Assembly (NCBI GenBank): GCA_045602525.1
Contig: JAZSBS010000076.1
Location: 1-44,618 of the forward strand
Direction: 5' to 3'
Source of the DNA: Acutalibacteraceae bacterium
GTDB lineage: Bacteria > Bacillota > Clostridia > Oscillospirales > Acutalibacteraceae
DNA length: 44,618 bases
Shown: positions 1 to 10,526 of the stretch, one piece after another
Layout of the letters: every line of letters begins with the position of its first letter
Numbering within the stretch: the first letter of the stretch is position 1
Notes under the pieces: model-generated
Database searches by the model: none
Told to the model about the DNA's origin: nothing
What the model saw: only the letters and a program-made list of their open reading frames with translations
Made by a program: the position numbers and the translations under genes

Positions 1-1
1 T

Positions 2-952
2 AACGGCGTTGTGTTTAACCCACACCCCAATGCAATCGCAACATCAAACTATGCGGTTGACCTTGTAAACCGCGCTAGCAAGGCTATGGGCGGTCCTGAA
101 ATTCTTGTTTGCTCTATGAAAAAGCCCACACTTGAATCTGCCGCAATAATGCAGTCGCATCCTCTTATCCGACTGCTTGTTTGTACAGGCGGTCCCGGTG
201 TTGTTAAGGCTGTACTTTCTTCGGGTAAAAAGGCCATCGGCGCAGGAGCCGGTAACCCACCTGTTATAGTTGACGATACCGCAGATATCCAGAAAGCCGG
301 TAAGGATATTATCGACGGCTGCACATTTGATAACAATCTTCCTTGCATTGCAGAAAAAGAGGTATTTGCTTTTAGAAATATCGCGGATGAGCTTATTTCT
401 GTAATGCTCAAAAACGGCGCGTATATGATTGACTCTGCACAAGCAACAAAGTTGGCTAGCATAGTTCTTGTTGAAAAGACCGATAAAAAGGGTAATGTTC
501 GTAAAATAGTAAACCGTGACTGTGTTGGTCGCGATGCAAAGGTTATCCTCCAAAAACTTGGAATAACTGTTAGCGACGACATCCGTTGCATTATCTGTGA
601 AACCGACTTTAACCACCCATTTGTTCAGGAAGAGCTTATGATGCCTATTCTTCCGATAGTTCGTGTTGATAATATTGATGAGGCTATAGACCTTGCTGTT
701 AAGGCAGAACATGGCAACCGCCATACTGCGCATATGCATTCTAAAAATGTTGACAATCTTTCACGCTTTGCACGTGAGGTTGAAACCACAATTTTTGTTA
801 AAAATGCGCCTTCTTACGCGGGAATCGGCTTTGGAGGCGAGGGTCACGCAACCTTTACAATTGCAGGACCCACAGGCGAGGGCATAACCTCAGCCCGTAG
901 CTTTACCCGTCAGCGTCGTTGCGTAATGGCAGAAAGCTTCCGAATAATTTAA
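2..952 (+). CDS. CoA-acylating aldehyde dehydrogenase (EutE/PduP-like), 5' end cut by window edge
   Basis: The frame is open from position 2, so the listed start at 11 is an internal GTG. It carries the FDNNLPCIAEKE catalytic-Cys motif typical of microcompartment-associated acylating aldehyde dehydrogenases. pduL follows 12 nt downstream. Confidence 0.8.
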   Translation, partial: NGVVFNPHPNAIATSNYAVDLVNRASKAMGGPEILVCSMKKPTLESAAIMQSHPLIRLLVCTGGPGVVKAVLSSGKKAIGAGAGNPPVIVDDTADIQKAGKDIIDGCTFDNNLPCIAEKEVFAFRNIADELISVMLKNGAYMIDSAQATKLASIVLVEKTDKKGNVRKIVNRDCVGRDAKVILQKLGITVSDDIRCIICETDFNHPFVQEELMMPILPIVRVDNIDEAIDLAVKAEHGNRHTAHMHSKNVDNLSRFAREVETTIFVKNAPSYAGIGFGGEGHATFTIAGPTGEGITSARSFTRQRRCVMAESFRII

Positions 953-964
953 GGAGTTATAACG

Positions 965-1612
965 ATGAATGATAATTTGGTTGCCGAGATTGTCGGCAGA
1001 GTAATGGCAGAGCTTGGAAACAGCGGTGCAAACGGTCAAAACGATACCGTTCCCGTTGGTGTGTCAAACCGTCATATACATCTATCTACCGCTGATTTAG
1101 AGACACTTTTTGGCGTAGGATATCAGCTCACTCCAATAAAAGACCTGTCACAGCCAGGTCAGTTTGCTTGCAAAGAAACCCTTACAATTGTGGGACCTTC
1201 ACTTCGTCCTATAGAAAACGTGAGAGTATTAGGTCCTGTTCGTAAGGCATCGCAAGTAGAGATTTCACGCACAGATTCTTTTACACTTAAGGTTAAACCA
1301 CCGGTAAGAGAGTCAGGTGATATAGTAGGCTCTGCTCCTATAACCATTATAGGTCCTAAAGGAGTTGTAACATTAAAAGAAGGCTGTATAATCGCTAATC
1401 GACATATACATATGAGTACCGACGAGGGAGCACAGTTTGGATTATCAGACGGTCAGTATGTGGATGTAGAGGTCAACGGAGAACGTCGTACAAAGTTTTA
1501 TGATGTTCAAGTGCGTGTTCATAAGGATTTCCGTCTTGAAATGCACATCGATACCGATGACGCCAACGCTGCAGGGATAGGAAACGGAGCAAAGGTTAAA
1601 ATTGTAAAATAA
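965..1612 (+). CDS. pduL: Phosphate propanoyl/acyl-transferase PduL
   Basis: Two repeated halves each carry the PduL signature (VSNRHIHLS and ANRHIHMS). An AAGGAG RBS lies upstream and a terminator follows. Confidence 0.85.
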   Translation: MNDNLVAEIVGRVMAELGNSGANGQNDTVPVGVSNRHIHLSTADLETLFGVGYQLTPIKDLSQPGQFACKETLTIVGPSLRPIENVRVLGPVRKASQVEISRTDSFTLKVKPPVRESGDIVGSAPITIIGPKGVVTLKEGCIIANRHIHMSTDEGAQFGLSDGQYVDVEVNGERRTKFYDVQVRVHKDFRLEMHIDTDDANAAGIGNGAKVKIVK

Positions 1613-1639
1613 TAACAAATATTAACAAATAACAGTAAC

Positions 1640-1669
1640 AAAAAGCAATCGCAATGCGATTGCTTTTTA
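1640..1669 (+). terminator. Intrinsic terminator after pduL
   Basis: Hairpin gcaatcg/cgattgc at 1645-1663, followed by TTTTT. Confidence 0.7.
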
Positions 1670-1740
1670 CTTTTTTGTATGGTACAATATCCTTAACTTT
1701 GTGCAAGTGCTGACTCTTGTCAGCTGAAGGAATAGGTGCT

Positions 1741-3198
1741 ATGGAAAAAAATTTAGATATTTGGTTTATAACCCCACAAAAAACAATGCGTACAAGGGAG
1801 TATAACCCCTTTACACCAAGAGAAAGTTATAATATTTATGTGGCTCGTAATGCCACAGAAGGCTGTCAGATGTCTATTTTGTCAAAGTCGGGCGCGCGTA
1901 AAAATATGAGTATTGAGGTTGTGAACGATACAGATGCAGGCTTTACCGTGGAATTACTTCGAGAGCATTACGTTGACTGCGACGGTGCGCTTTATCCCGA
2001 TCCCATAGTACCGAATGATAATAAATTTGACCTTGAAGAGTGGAAGAATGTTACATATCTTATCAATATTGTAACTACACCTGATACAAAACCCGGTTGT
2101 TACGGGATAAAGGTGATCCTTCGTGAAGGCGATGAGGTTTACGGTGAATATAATGTATGGGTAACTGTATGGAATTTTGAGATTGACCATAGCAAGCTGA
2201 TGGAAACCGCATTTGGTATGGAGCATAATTACCTTGAGCAGATTTGCAAACCAGATGATATTAACGCGCTTTATAAAAAGTATTACGATTTCATGTTAGA
2301 GCGTTATCACATCTGCGCAGGCTTTTTACCCTACGATGTTCTTGACCCAAGAGCCGACGAGTATATGAACAATCCCACGGTTACATCATTTCGAATTCCT
2401 TATGACGGAAAGCCTGAAACAATTACCGCTTACTATAACAAATTAAAAACCAATCCTGATTGGCTTAAAAAGGGATATTATTACGTTGTGGATGAACCGC
2501 AATGTATGGAACATTATGACCGTATAGAACGGGCTTATGAAAATATTGAAAAGTACCATCCGGGTCATGCACAGGTAGTACCATTTTATATGAATCCACG
2601 CGATGGCGAAGGCAAGCGCGCTATAGATCTTCTTGCCCGTCACTGCAAGGTCTGGTGCCCTAAAATCAGTTTGTTTAAAGATGATTATATGGGCGAATTT
2701 ATGCTCGAGCGTGAAAAGTTGGGTGACCGCACATGGTGGTACTATTGTTGGGAACCCGGTCTGCCTTACAGTAATGTGTTTATTGATATGGAAGGCTTTT
2801 ATCAGCGCACTATCGCATGGCAGCAGTATCTGTATGGTATAAATGGTATGCTTTATTGGTCGGTAAACTGGTGGAAACATGGCTCCCCCTGGGATGTAAC
2901 CGCTACAGTACCCGAACTTTCCAACTACTGTTTTGGTGACGGTTCTCTGCTTTACAACGGCGACAGAGTAGGTATTGATGGACCTGTTGGTTCGTTACGT
3001 ATGGAAATTTTACGTTATGGTATTGAGGACCATTATATGTTTGGTCTTGCCGAAAAGGCTTTTGGCCGCGATTATATAGTAGGCGAGATAAGCAAAATTA
3101 CAAGTAGCGTTTATCGTTATCACGATGCACATTGGATGCTTGATGAGGTTCGCAAAGATATTGGTAACAAATTAAGCGAATATTATAGCAATGAATAA
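1741..3198 (+). CDS. DUF4091-like / glycoside-hydrolase-like protein, copy 1 (no signal peptide)
   Basis: Start moved to ATG 1741 (MEKNLDIWF), matching the start of the paralog. The W/Y-rich C-terminal region (WWYYCWEP, LYWSVNWW) resembles the DUF4091 family as I recall it. Confidence 0.5.
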   Translation: MEKNLDIWFITPQKTMRTREYNPFTPRESYNIYVARNATEGCQMSILSKSGARKNMSIEVVNDTDAGFTVELLREHYVDCDGALYPDPIVPNDNKFDLEEWKNVTYLINIVTTPDTKPGCYGIKVILREGDEVYGEYNVWVTVWNFEIDHSKLMETAFGMEHNYLEQICKPDDINALYKKYYDFMLERYHICAGFLPYDVLDPRADEYMNNPTVTSFRIPYDGKPETITAYYNKLKTNPDWLKKGYYYVVDEPQCMEHYDRIERAYENIEKYHPGHAQVVPFYMNPRDGEGKRAIDLLARHCKVWCPKISLFKDDYMGEFMLEREKLGDRTWWYYCWEPGLPYSNVFIDMEGFYQRTIAWQQYLYGINGMLYWSVNWWKHGSPWDVTATVPELSNYCFGDGSLLYNGDRVGIDGPVGSLRMEILRYGIEDHYMFGLAEKAFGRDYIVGEISKITSSVYRYHDAHWMLDEVRKDIGNKLSEYYSNE

Positions 3199-3210
3199 TT
3201 TAAGGACAAG

Positions 3211-3246
3211 ACTCTGCTTTGTTTTTAGCAGAGTTTTGCTTTTTGA
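3211..3246 (+). terminator. Intrinsic terminator after DUF4091 copy 1
   Basis: Hairpin actctgc/gcagagt followed by a T-rich tract. Confidence 0.65.
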
Positions 3247-3332
3247 AAAAAGTATATTGTTTTTTAATATTTCTTATGTTAAAATACTAATAATAACCAT
3301 TAAAAGCATTTAGTATGAGAGGGTTTCCGGAT

Positions 3333-4796
3333 ATGGAGAAAAATTTACACGTAATGTTTAATGCTCCCGAAAAAAAGGTGTTGCCTAAAACTTGTCAACC
3401 TTTCGGTAGAATAGAAGGTTTTACTGTTTGCGTAGCGCAAAATGCTACCGAGGGTTGTCAATTTTCAGTGCTTTCAAAACAGGGCGAGCGAAAAAACATG
3501 AAAATAGAGGTTATAGACAATACCGATGCCAACTTTACTGTGGAGTTATTGCGTGAACATTATGTAAGCTGCGAGGGAGCTTTGTGGCCTGATCCCGTAG
3601 TGCAGGATGATGGACGTTTCGACCTTTCCGAGTGGAAAAACGTAACATACCGCATTAATATATCTACAACACTAGATACAAAACCGGGTGATTATGGGCT
3701 TACAGTAGTGCTTTATGAGAACGATGAGGTTTACGATGAATATCAACTTTGGGTTCGTGTTTGGAATTTTGCAATAAATCCCGAAAAATATATGGAAACC
3801 AACTTTGGTATTGAAGATGAATGGCTTTTCTTAAGACACAAAACCGACAATCCACAAGAAGTTTATAAAAATTATTATGATATGTTGCTTAATCGCTATC
3901 ATATCTGTGGAAGATATTTGCCATATAATATTTTGGATTCCAGAGCAGATGAATATCTTAACAATCCAAAGGTTACAAATTTTCACGTGCCTGCTAAGGA
4001 TATATCAGACGCCAAGATGGTAGCGTACTATAACAAACTTAAAACAAATCCCAAGTGGCTTGAAAAGGCTATGTTTTATACGGTTGATACACCTAAGAAC
4101 ATGTCAGATTATGCGCGACTGGAAGATTCTTATAATTGTATTGAAAAAATATTCCCAGGTCATAAACAGGTAGTACCTTTTTTTACGGATCCATATGACG
4201 GTGGCGGCGTCAGAGCTGTTGACCTGCTTGAAAAATACAATGTTGTATGGTGCCCTAAAAGTGTCCTTTACAAAGATGAATGGTTTAAATATTATATGAG
4301 TGAGCGCAGTAAAAAAGGCGAGCGTATCTGGTGGTATTGTTGTTGGGAGCCACCGCTGCCTTATGCTAACCTGTTTATTGATATGGAAGGCTTTTATCAC
4401 CGCGTACTGCTTTGGCAGCAATATCTGTACGGAGTAAAGGGATTTCTTTATTGGAATACTACGCACTGGATTGATGGTGATCCATGGGATGTGACGACCT
4501 CTGTGCCATATCTTTCTCACTATTGCTTTGGAGATGGCTCGCTGTTTTATAACGGTGACCGTATAGGACTTGACGGACCGGTTGGTTCCGTGCGTTTGGA
4601 GCTACTTCGTTCGGCAATAGAGGACTATCATATGTTTGAGCTTGCGGAAAAGATTTTTGGTAGAGAATATGTTGAAAGTCAGATAAAGAAGGTAACCACA
4701 AGCGTTCGCGAATACAATGACGACCATCGTTCTCTGGCGCGTGTACGTATTGAAATAGGCAATAAATTAAGTGAATATTATGATTCGTTGTGCTAA
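3333..4796 (+). CDS. DUF4091-like / glycoside-hydrolase-like protein, copy 2 (tandem paralog)
   Basis: Start at ATG 3333 (MEKNLHVMF). It is collinear with copy 1 over its full length, with more than half of positions identical by eye. Confidence 0.5.
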   Translation: MEKNLHVMFNAPEKKVLPKTCQPFGRIEGFTVCVAQNATEGCQFSVLSKQGERKNMKIEVIDNTDANFTVELLREHYVSCEGALWPDPVVQDDGRFDLSEWKNVTYRINISTTLDTKPGDYGLTVVLYENDEVYDEYQLWVRVWNFAINPEKYMETNFGIEDEWLFLRHKTDNPQEVYKNYYDMLLNRYHICGRYLPYNILDSRADEYLNNPKVTNFHVPAKDISDAKMVAYYNKLKTNPKWLEKAMFYTVDTPKNMSDYARLEDSYNCIEKIFPGHKQVVPFFTDPYDGGGVRAVDLLEKYNVVWCPKSVLYKDEWFKYYMSERSKKGERIWWYCCWEPPLPYANLFIDMEGFYHRVLLWQQYLYGVKGFLYWNTTHWIDGDPWDVTTSVPYLSHYCFGDGSLFYNGDRIGLDGPVGSVRLELLRSAIEDYHMFELAEKIFGREYVESQIKKVTTSVREYNDDHRSLARVRIEIGNKLSEYYDSLC

Positions 4797-4802
4797 CAAA
4801 AC

Positions 4803-4838
4803 AAACAGGCCTCTGCTTTTAATTGCAGAGGTCTGTTT
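4803..4838. terminator. Bidirectional terminator between convergent genes
   Basis: Long hairpin aaacaggcctctgc/gcagaggtctgttt with A/T runs on both sides. Confidence 0.75.
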
Positions 4839-4839
4839 G

Positions 4840-5772
4840 TTAAGCATTATCTATTTTCTTTTTGAAAAATTCTGGTGTTTGCGCAAGCACAATTGCGGCG
4901 AATACAAGTAAACAACCTGCAATTTCATTTCCCTTTAGCGCATTGCCTGTAATTATCCAACCACCAATTGCTGCAAATACGCTTTCAAGACTCATTGAAA
5001 GCGATGCTATTGCAGGCTCGGCATATTTTTGACCAATAATCTGTAACGTATATGCAATACCACTAGAGACTACACCCATATACAAAACTTCGGGTATTAC
5101 CGATACGATGTCTGATATGCTTATTACATCAAGTTCAAATATAAGTGACATTATACCCGACACGATACCGCAGAATACAAATTGAAATGCCGAAAGTCTT
5201 ATTCCGCCCACCACATCACAATACTTATCAATAACAATAATATGTAGCGAAAAGGCAAAGGTACAACCAAGCACCAGCAAATCGGCAATATAAAATCCAC
5301 TTGCGCCCTCAAACAGACAAAGCATATAAAAACCACCGATTGCTACAAGAGATGCAATCCAGACTATAATTGGTACACGCTTTCGGGCAAAAACCGAAAG
5401 CAATGGTACAACTATTACATAAAGCGCAGTAATAAATCCGGAGCGTGCTTCTACCGGTGCGCCATCAGGATAGGCGGCGATACCAAATTGCTGAAAGTTG
5501 GTTGAAATTGCAAGCACAATGCCGCACACAGCGCCACCTGTTAGCAACAATTTTTTATCCATAGTTTTTGGTACAGGCACATAGTCTTTGTTCTTAATAG
5601 ACATAATTGCCATAAAGCCAAATAAAAACAGGGCGCCAACAAAAGAGCGAATACAGTTAAACGCAAACGGAGGTATCTTATCCGCAGCACGATTTTGCAC
5701 CACAAAGGCAAGGCCCCAAAGCAGTGCCGCAAGGCATAGGATAAGGCTGCCTTTTAAATTACTTTTCTTCAT
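4840..5772 (-). CDS. DMT superfamily (EamA-like) transporter
   Basis: About 10 predicted TM helices. The N-terminus LCLAALLWGLAFVVQ is typical of EamA repeats. It overlaps the tex stop by 14 nt. Confidence 0.75.
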   Translation of the reverse strand: MKKSNLKGSLILCLAALLWGLAFVVQNRAADKIPPFAFNCIRSFVGALFLFGFMAIMSIKNKDYVPVPKTMDKKLLLTGGAVCGIVLAISTNFQQFGIAAYPDGAPVEARSGFITALYVIVVPLLSVFARKRVPIIVWIASLVAIGGFYMLCLFEGASGFYIADLLVLGCTFAFSLHIIVIDKYCDVVGGIRLSAFQFVFCGIVSGIMSLIFELDVISISDIVSVIPEVLYMGVVSSGIAYTLQIIGQKYAEPAIASLSMSLESVFAAIGGWIITGNALKGNEIAGCLLVFAAIVLAQTPEFFKKKIDNA

Positions 5773-7924
5773 TTAACTTTTCCTTTCTCATAGTAAGAGA
5801 AATACGTTTTTTGGCGTTATCCACCGACAATACCCAGACGGTGACAATATCTCCAACCTTGAGCACCTCTGACGGATGCTTTATATAGCGGTTTGTTATC
5901 TGAGAAATATGCACAAGACCGTCCTGATGAACACCGATATCGACAAACGCGCCAAAGTCAATAACATTGCGCACTGTACCCGTAAGCTCCATACCCACCT
6001 TCAAGTCTTCCATACTCATTATATCCTGACGAAGCATTGGAGGAGGTAGTTCGTCACGTGGGTCGCGACCCGGTTTTTCAAGCTCTTTTGCAATATCTAA
6101 AAGGGTAGGCACGCCTATACCAAGTTCATCGGCAAGACTTTCGGCTCCGCGGGTTTCTACTTGCTCTGAAATACCATTTATCTTACGGTCGACAATATCT
6201 TTTTCGTTAAATCCGCAAAGCTTTAAAAGTTTACCTGCGGCATCATAACTTTCGGGGTGAACACTGGTGGAATCAAGCGCTTTTTTGCCTCCTATAATGC
6301 GCAAAAAGCCTGCGCATTGCTCGTAAGCTTTTGGTCCCAACATAGAAACCTTTTTAAGCTGAGCGCGGTCGGTAAATATACCGTTTTCTTCGCGGTAGGC
6401 GACAATGTTTTTTGCTATTGACTGGTTTATACCCGATACTCGTGATAACAACTGAACAGATGCGGTATTAAGATCAACACCTACCGAGTTAACGCAATAT
6501 TCTACAACGCCATCAAGGCTTAAGGCCAGTTCTTTTTCAGGCATATCGTGTTGATACTGACCTACACCAATAGCTTTGGGCTCTATTTTTACAAGCTCTG
6601 CCAAGGGGTCTTGCATACGGCGAGCGATGGATACGGCACTTCTAAGTGCTACGTCAAACTGTGGAAATTCTTCAGCAGCAAGCTTAGATGCCGAGTACAC
6701 ACTAGCGCCCGCTTCGCTGACCACCATATAGTTAAGTCCATCGTCAATTTCTTTAATAACCTCGGCGGCAAAGCACTCGGTTTCGTGGCTTGCAGTGCCG
6801 TTTCCTATTGCAAAGGTGCGGACATTATGTTTTTTAACAAGGTTTTTAATTGTTTTTTTGGCTTCTTCAATTTTATTATGAGGAGGTACGGGGTAGATCA
6901 CGCCTGTATCAAGCACCTTTCCTGTGCCATCAACAACGGCAACCTTACAACCTGTACGATAACCCGGGTCAAGACCTATAGTTACCGTATCTTTTACGGG
7001 CGGTTGCATAAGTAGTTGTTGTAAATTTTGCGAGAATACTTTAATTGCATCGCGACTCGCCCTTTCGGTAAGCGCATTTCGCATTTCGCGTTCAATTGAT
7101 GGGAATATAAGTCGTGTATAGGCATCCTCTGCAGCTTCAATTACAGCTGCTGTACAGGGTGAACCCTCTTTTATATGGTCGCGGCTAATAATAAACATCG
7201 CTTTATCACGATCAAAATCCACCGAAACCTTTAAAAATTCTTCCTTTTCACCACGATTTATTGCAAGTACGCGGTGGTTTGCAATTTTAGCCAACGGCTC
7301 GCGATAGTCGGCATACATTTCATAAACATCAAGCTCTTCACCTGCCGCTTTTACTACGAGAATACCGTGCACCATACAAACAAAACGCATACGTTTGCGT
7401 ATATCAGCATCATCACTTATCATCTCGGCAATAATATCCTTAGCGCCCTGTATCGCATCCTCGGCGGTTTCTACGCCCAATTCGGTATTTATAAAATCTT
7501 CCGCTAAAACGATGGGATCTGCACTGTCGGGAGATTGAGCATATATTAAATCAGCAAGGGGGGAGAGTCCCTTTTCTTTTGCTGCAGATGCACGGGTCTT
7601 ACGCTTTTTCTTGTAAGGACGATAAAGGTCATCAAGTTCGGTAAGGGTCTGTGCGGCATCAATAGCTGCAGCCAATTCTTCTGTCAAGGCATCTTGTTCT
7701 GCAATTGCCGTTTTATATTTTTCGGCGGTCTCCTGCAAATTGCGTAAATATACGAGTCTTTCGGATAACGCACGTAAAACCTGGTCGTCAAGACTGCCTG
7801 TCACTTCCTTGCGGTAACGCGCTATAAAGGGCACGGTATTACCCTCGTCAAGCAGTTTAACGGTGTTTTCGACCTGCCATAATTTCAAATTAAGCTCTGC
7901 TGATAGTTTTTCTGTGATATTCAT
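5759..7924 (-). CDS. tex: Tex-like transcription accessory protein (YqgF/HhH/S1 domains)
   Basis: The N-terminus VPFIARYRKEVTG is a hallmark of Tex. The C-terminal S1 domain reads GTVRNVIDFGAFVDIG. Length is 721 aa. Confidence 0.9.
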   Translation of the reverse strand: MNITEKLSAELNLKLWQVENTVKLLDEGNTVPFIARYRKEVTGSLDDQVLRALSERLVYLRNLQETAEKYKTAIAEQDALTEELAAAIDAAQTLTELDDLYRPYKKKRKTRASAAKEKGLSPLADLIYAQSPDSADPIVLAEDFINTELGVETAEDAIQGAKDIIAEMISDDADIRKRMRFVCMVHGILVVKAAGEELDVYEMYADYREPLAKIANHRVLAINRGEKEEFLKVSVDFDRDKAMFIISRDHIKEGSPCTAAVIEAAEDAYTRLIFPSIEREMRNALTERASRDAIKVFSQNLQQLLMQPPVKDTVTIGLDPGYRTGCKVAVVDGTGKVLDTGVIYPVPPHNKIEEAKKTIKNLVKKHNVRTFAIGNGTASHETECFAAEVIKEIDDGLNYMVVSEAGASVYSASKLAAEEFPQFDVALRSAVSIARRMQDPLAELVKIEPKAIGVGQYQHDMPEKELALSLDGVVEYCVNSVGVDLNTASVQLLSRVSGINQSIAKNIVAYREENGIFTDRAQLKKVSMLGPKAYEQCAGFLRIIGGKKALDSTSVHPESYDAAGKLLKLCGFNEKDIVDRKINGISEQVETRGAESLADELGIGVPTLLDIAKELEKPGRDPRDELPPPMLRQDIMSMEDLKVGMELTGTVRNVIDFGAFVDIGVHQDGLVHISQITNRYIKHPSEVLKVGDIVTVWVLSVDNAKKRISLTMRKEKLNEEK

Positions 7925-8055
7925 ATTAAAACTCCGTTTTAAAACTTTTTAGGATATTATACCATAAAAGGTTATAATTAGTAAATAATATTATTGCTTT
8001 TTCGACAAGAAAAATGTATAATACTTATGTATGTATAAAATTATGGAGGAAGTTA

Positions 8056-8796
8056 ATGCTACAGCTTAAAAATATTTCTTTTTCGGCTGAAAACGAAGAT
8101 GGCGTAAAAGAAATTTTAAAAGATATTACAATGGATGTCGATAACGGTTTTCTTGCTATAACTGGGCCTAACGGCGGTGGTAAGTCTACACTTGCAAAAA
8201 TCATTGCAGGTATTATAAAACCTACAAGCGGTAAGATTTTGCTTGACGGTGAGGATATAACCGACCTTTCTATTACCGAACGGGCCAATAAAGGTATAAG
8301 CTTTGCTTTCCAACAGCCTGTACGCTTTAAAGGAATCACGGTTAATGACCTTATCCGACTTGCATCTGGTAAAGAGATAAGTATGTCAGAGGCTTGTGAT
8401 TATCTGTCACAGGTTGGTCTTTGCGCACGTGATTATATAAACCGCGAGGTTAACGCATCGCTTTCTGGCGGTGAGCTTAAAAGAATTGAGATTGCTACCG
8501 TTTTGGCACGCGGCACAAAGGTATCACTTTTTGACGAACCGGAGGCAGGAATCGATCTTTGGAGTTTTGGCAACCTCATAAATGTTTTTGAAAAAATGCG
8601 CGAAACGCTGGGCGGTTCTATTATTATAATTTCGCATCAGGAACGTATTCTCAACATTGCGGATAAGGTTGCAGTGCTGTCTGCAGGCGAACTTAAGTCT
8701 TACGGTAACCGTGATGATATATTGCCCGAATTGTTAGGAAAAACAAATGCTGTTTGCCCTGTGCTTACTAATAATATGAAGGGGGCACAGTCGTGA
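8056..8796 (+). CDS. sufC: SufC-like Fe-S cluster assembly ABC ATPase
   Basis: Start moved to ATG 8056, behind a GGAGGA RBS. It has Walker A GPNGGGKST, signature LSGGELKR, and Walker B LFDEPEAG. The stop overlaps the next gene as GTGA. Confidence 0.7.
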   Translation: MLQLKNISFSAENEDGVKEILKDITMDVDNGFLAITGPNGGGKSTLAKIIAGIIKPTSGKILLDGEDITDLSITERANKGISFAFQQPVRFKGITVNDLIRLASGKEISMSEACDYLSQVGLCARDYINREVNASLSGGELKRIEIATVLARGTKVSLFDEPEAGIDLWSFGNLINVFEKMRETLGGSIIIISHQERILNIADKVAVLSAGELKSYGNRDDILPELLGKTNAVCPVLTNNMKGAQS

Positions 8797-9710
8797 ATAA
8801 TATCGAAAAAGATTTACTTAAAATAATTGCTGATATGGATGGAATACCAGAGGGCGCTTTCAATATCCGCGCTAATGGTACACTGGCCCAACGCCACACA
8901 ACATCTAATGTCGATATTCGCAACAAAACGGACAAGGATGGTATTGACATAATCATCCGTCCGGGCACCAAGGGTGAGACTGTGCACATACCGGTCATTA
9001 TAAGCGACAGCGGTGTAAACGATTTGGTGTATAATGACTTTATAATCGGTGACGATGCCGATGTTGTTATTATGGCAGGCTGCGGTATTCATAACTGTGG
9101 AGACAATGAGTCGCGTCACGACGGTATACACACATTTTTTGTTGGCAAAAACGCAAGAGTTAAGTATATTGAGCGTCATTATGGCGAAGGTGATGGCGCG
9201 GGCGGCAAAAATATGAACCCCACTACCGTTGTCAATGTTGCTGAGGGCGGTTATATGGAAATGGAAACCAGTCAGATAAAGGGTATTGATAATACCTGTC
9301 GTGTAACTCGCGCGACGTTGGCTGATGATGCTACACTTATTATTCGAGAAAAGCTTATGACACACGGTATACAGCGCGCCGAGACCGACTTTTCGGTTGA
9401 TATGAATGGCGAAAATTCAAGCGCAAATGTTGTATCGCGTTCGGTAGCCTGCGACAACTCGGTGCAGATTTTCCGCTCTAATATTAACGGAAACAACAAA
9501 TGTACAGGTCATACAGAGTGCGATGCTATTATTATGGATAGCGCGCGTGTCAGCGCTATACCTGAAATCAGCGCAAACCATATTGATGCATCTCTTATTC
9601 ACGAAGCGGCAATCGGCAAAATCGCGGGCGAACAGCTTATAAAGCTTATGACCTTAGGTCTTACTGAGCAACAAGCTGAAGAGGAAATTGTAAATGGCTT
9701 CTTAAAATAA
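8793..9710 (+). CDS. SufB/SufD-family Fe-S assembly protein
   Basis: It is translationally coupled to the sufC-like gene. The beta-helix-like repeat composition and the C-terminal LIHEAAIGKI...EQLIKLMTLGLTEQQAEEEIVNGF motif are typical of SufBD. Confidence 0.65.
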   Translation: MNNIEKDLLKIIADMDGIPEGAFNIRANGTLAQRHTTSNVDIRNKTDKDGIDIIIRPGTKGETVHIPVIISDSGVNDLVYNDFIIGDDADVVIMAGCGIHNCGDNESRHDGIHTFFVGKNARVKYIERHYGEGDGAGGKNMNPTTVVNVAEGGYMEMETSQIKGIDNTCRVTRATLADDATLIIREKLMTHGIQRAETDFSVDMNGENSSANVVSRSVACDNSVQIFRSNINGNNKCTGHTECDAIIMDSARVSAIPEISANHIDASLIHEAAIGKIAGEQLIKLMTLGLTEQQAEEEIVNGFLK

Positions 9711-9767
9711 AATTATATTGATTATTTTGTAATAAAATGGTATTATCTATATGAAAGGGGATTTTCT

Positions 9768-10526
9768 ATGAGTGCTGATATTTTGGTTTCGGCTTCAATT
9801 GTTACCTATAATGATATCAGCCGTGCACCCGACACTGTTCAAAGTGTGGTTGAAAACACAAAAAGATACCCCTTGAAGCTTTATGTCATAGATAACAGTT
9901 CTACCGATGGTACGGCTGATTTGATTGAAAAATCGGGACAAGCTGTTGTTATAAGACAAAATAAAAATATAGGTTTTGGCGCGGCGCATAATGTTGTGTT
10001 AAACGAGGAACTTGGCAAGTACCATTTTGTTATAAATCCTGACATAACATTTGACTCTGATGTGATTTCGGATATGGTAGACTATTTCGAAAGTAATCCC
10101 GAGCTTATTATGGCAATGCCAAAAATACTCAACACCAACGGAACAGAGCAGAAATTACCGAAAGAACGTCCAACCTTTAAAAGACTGTTTCTTGGCAGAC
10201 TGTCCAATAAAATACGAAGTGAGTATGTGTGGGCGGACAGAGATGTAACAGAGCCTACCGAAATAAACTTTTGCACAGGTTGTTTCTTTTGTATAAGAAC
10301 AGATATTTTCAAAAAGCTTCTTGGCTTTGATAGACGGTATTTTATGTATCTTGAGGATGCTGATCTTGCGCTAAAGGCTAAGAGTAAGGGCAAGGTAATG
10401 ATTTTGCCGCATTTTAGTGTTACTCACGCTTGGGAGCGTGAGAGTTCAAAAAGTTTGAAATATTTGTTTATTCATATAATTTCTTGCTTTAAGTTTTTGT
10501 TTAAGTGGAGGGGAAAATACAAATGA
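9768..10526 (+). CDS. Family 2 glycosyltransferase
   Basis: The N-terminus VSASIVTYN...IDNSSTDGT and the later YLEDADL (DXD-like) motif are typical of GT2 rhamnosyl/glycosyl-transferases. rfb genes lie directly downstream. Confidence 0.75.
   Translation: MSADILVSASIVTYNDISRAPDTVQSVVENTKRYPLKLYVIDNSSTDGTADLIEKSGQAVVIRQNKNIGFGAAHNVVLNEELGKYHFVINPDITFDSDVISDMVDYFESNPELIMAMPKILNTNGTEQKLPKERPTFKRLFLGRLSNKIRSEYVWADRDVTEPTEINFCTGCFFCIRTDIFKKLLGFDRRYFMYLEDADLALKAKSKGKVMILPHFSVTHAWERESSKSLKYLFIHIISCFKFLFKWRGKYK

Noticed and set aside
44-739. Long minus-strand ORFs (231 aa and 180 aa) antisense to the aldehyde dehydrogenase gene
   Set aside because: They lie entirely inside a well-supported plus-strand gene. 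They have no RBS and a low-complexity, unrecognisable sequence. They are typical shadow ORFs.
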